Source: Basidiobolus meristosporus CBS 931.73 | Lineage: Eukaryota > Fungi > Basidiobolomycota | Assembly: GCA_002104905.1 (NCBI GenBank) | Contig: MCFE01000317.1 | Location: 1 to 64,000 of the forward strand | Direction: 5' to 3' | DNA: 64,000 bases | Shown here: positions 62,500 through 64,000 of the stretch, piece after piece | Position numbering within the stretch: position 1 is the first letter of the stretch | Layout: every line of letters begins with the position of its first letter | Position numbers and translations under genes: made by a program | Notes under the pieces: generated by a model | Databases searched by the model: none | Told to the model about the DNA's origin: nothing | The model's input: the letters and a program-made list of their open reading frames with translations, nothing else

Positions 62500-63375
62500 A
62501 TTAGATTACAAATTAGCCATTGTCATACTGACGATGTGTTCATGGCGCTGATTAGTTGAACATTTGCTGGTTTGTATCGCCGCCCAGTCTCCACGCATAA
62601 CTCAGATTTGGCAGTCAGGTGTGAGTGGATATACCGTCACTTTAAGCACGGTCGGGTCGCCAAGATCTGGCCTCCTACATGCTATGTAGTTGCCGTCGTC
62701 TTTTCTGAGCAAATTTCCCTGACAATGGGCCGCTTGTAGGGTGTGTTCATCGAATTTACGCTGTAGTTGCAACATAACGACAGATATGCCTGTCGATTTG
62801 GTTGACGTTTGGAGACTTGCTCATGAAGCGACTATAAAACCCGGCTCGTGATAGATATGTCATTACACTTACGAGTGGAGTGGCCTACTTCTAAGCGTGT
62901 CAAATATAGTGGAGCTTGCAGTGCAGGCACACATTTCCACTCAGCTGGACTTATATGGTAAAGTCATGTACACCTGGTGAATATGCCAGGTCTCCAGCTA
63001 CATGGAATCGTACATGACCGAGCTCATCGATGATAATTAATTTACGGATTTACCGCAGTGTGCATTCCTCCATGACCGTGTAAAAAAATCAATGTGACAG
63101 GAAATGACCAATCCCCAGGCTGGATTGCAACCGCCGTGACTGCTATTTATTGTTATTTATACGTATACAGCTTGCCACGGATCGCCACTTCAAGAATGTC
63201 ATCCAGCGTAATTTCTCCATATTTCTCCAAACCAGCCAGCATAGTCCTGAGCTCCCATAAAGTGTTGACCACAACGTTAGAAGCCTACAGACACACCGCA
63301 CCCACTTCTGATTTCCACAAAAAGAAAGAGACCATTGACCACGCTGACAGCGACATTGAGAGTAAGTTTGCTTGA
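62500..63375 (+). CDS. Possible multi-exon membrane protein; only the last exon is reasonably defined
   Basis: The last exon follows a GTGACAG acceptor: GNDQSPGWIATAVTAIYCYLYVYSLPR plus a polar tail. An upstream segment reads YEWSGLLLSVSNIVELAV and ends at a GTAAAG donor. Confidence 0.3.
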
Positions 63376-64000
63376 CACGTTGGATTTGTTCGTGATGGTA
63401 AACCGATCTTCGTTCTTGAACAGCGATTAAACCCTTCCCAACAACCGTCGCAGAAAGAAAGAACTTCCTTAACTTCAAAACCAACCGTGCCGTCACCGAA
63501 TTCCAGTTTCGTGTATACGACCTGTGCTCGCAAATCCCCTCTGGCATGTTTTCCACATATAAAGTCCTCTCAGACGTATTGAAATCCTCTCCGCGCGCCG
63601 TTGGTCAAGCGCTCAGGAATAACCCATTCGCCCCGCTGCCTATCCCTTGCCATAGAGTACTCCCAGGGACCTACTTTATCGGCGGTTATGACGGGTAGGC
63701 ATTTTTTACGTGTTCATACAGCTCCACCTATTCAACCGTGTAATCTCATTGAATCAATTCAGTGATTGGGGCTCTGGTCACAAGGTCGACTCCAAAAAGG
63801 CCAGGTTGGAGAGAGAGGGGTTAAAATTTGACGAGCATCAAGTATTACTTCCCATCTTTCAAGAATCGCGACTATTCACCGACTTCAAACTGTGATGGAT
63901 CTTTTTATATATGCTTGGAAGAGTTCACCCATAGCACCAGATGAGAAGTAAAAACCAGGGGTCATTACATTGTGTTTATATAAAATGTTGCAAAAGCTAA

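Noticed and set aside
1-64000. Transposable elements, rRNA or tRNA genes
   Set aside because: No RT, integrase, transposase, LTR/TIR pair or structural RNA signature was recognised. The chromodomain at 45020 belongs to the CHD gene, not a chromovirus, since no gag-pol lies nearby.

Overview
Eukaryotic genomic DNA from an early-diverging (non-Dikarya) fungus. The gene content, short 45-70 nt GT-AG introns with CTRAY branch points and secreted chitinase/fungalysin genes resemble Zoopagomycota such as Basidiobolus; the taxon is inference only. The window is gene-dense, with about 27 supportable protein genes: GDAP1-like GST, PY-motif membrane protein, LYRM2-like protein, DUF2015 protein, RPS11, PDCD5, CCP1, GH18 chitinase, two stand-alone tandem-PAS proteins, PP2C, Kin1/MARK kinase, I9 protease inhibitor, MFS sugar porter, beta-carbonic anhydrase, chitin synthase, MATH-BTB protein, DH-BAR-SH3 RhoGEF, Stc1-domain protein, Pho80/Pcl cyclin, Mit1/CHD remodeller, BOR1, TMEM14, MMS19 and M36 fungalysin, plus several hypothetical genes. 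I saw no rRNA, tRNA, CRISPR array or recognisable transposon. The most notable observation is at 42-51.5 kb. Four ORFs splice in frame into one ~2063-aa Mit1/CHD-type remodeller with an HP1-like N-terminal module (chromodomain, acidic hinge, second chromo-fold segment), and it lies about 2.5 kb from a minimal Stc1-like zinc-finger gene. Gene spans include introns and were spliced by eye. Family calls come from motif recognition, not database searches.
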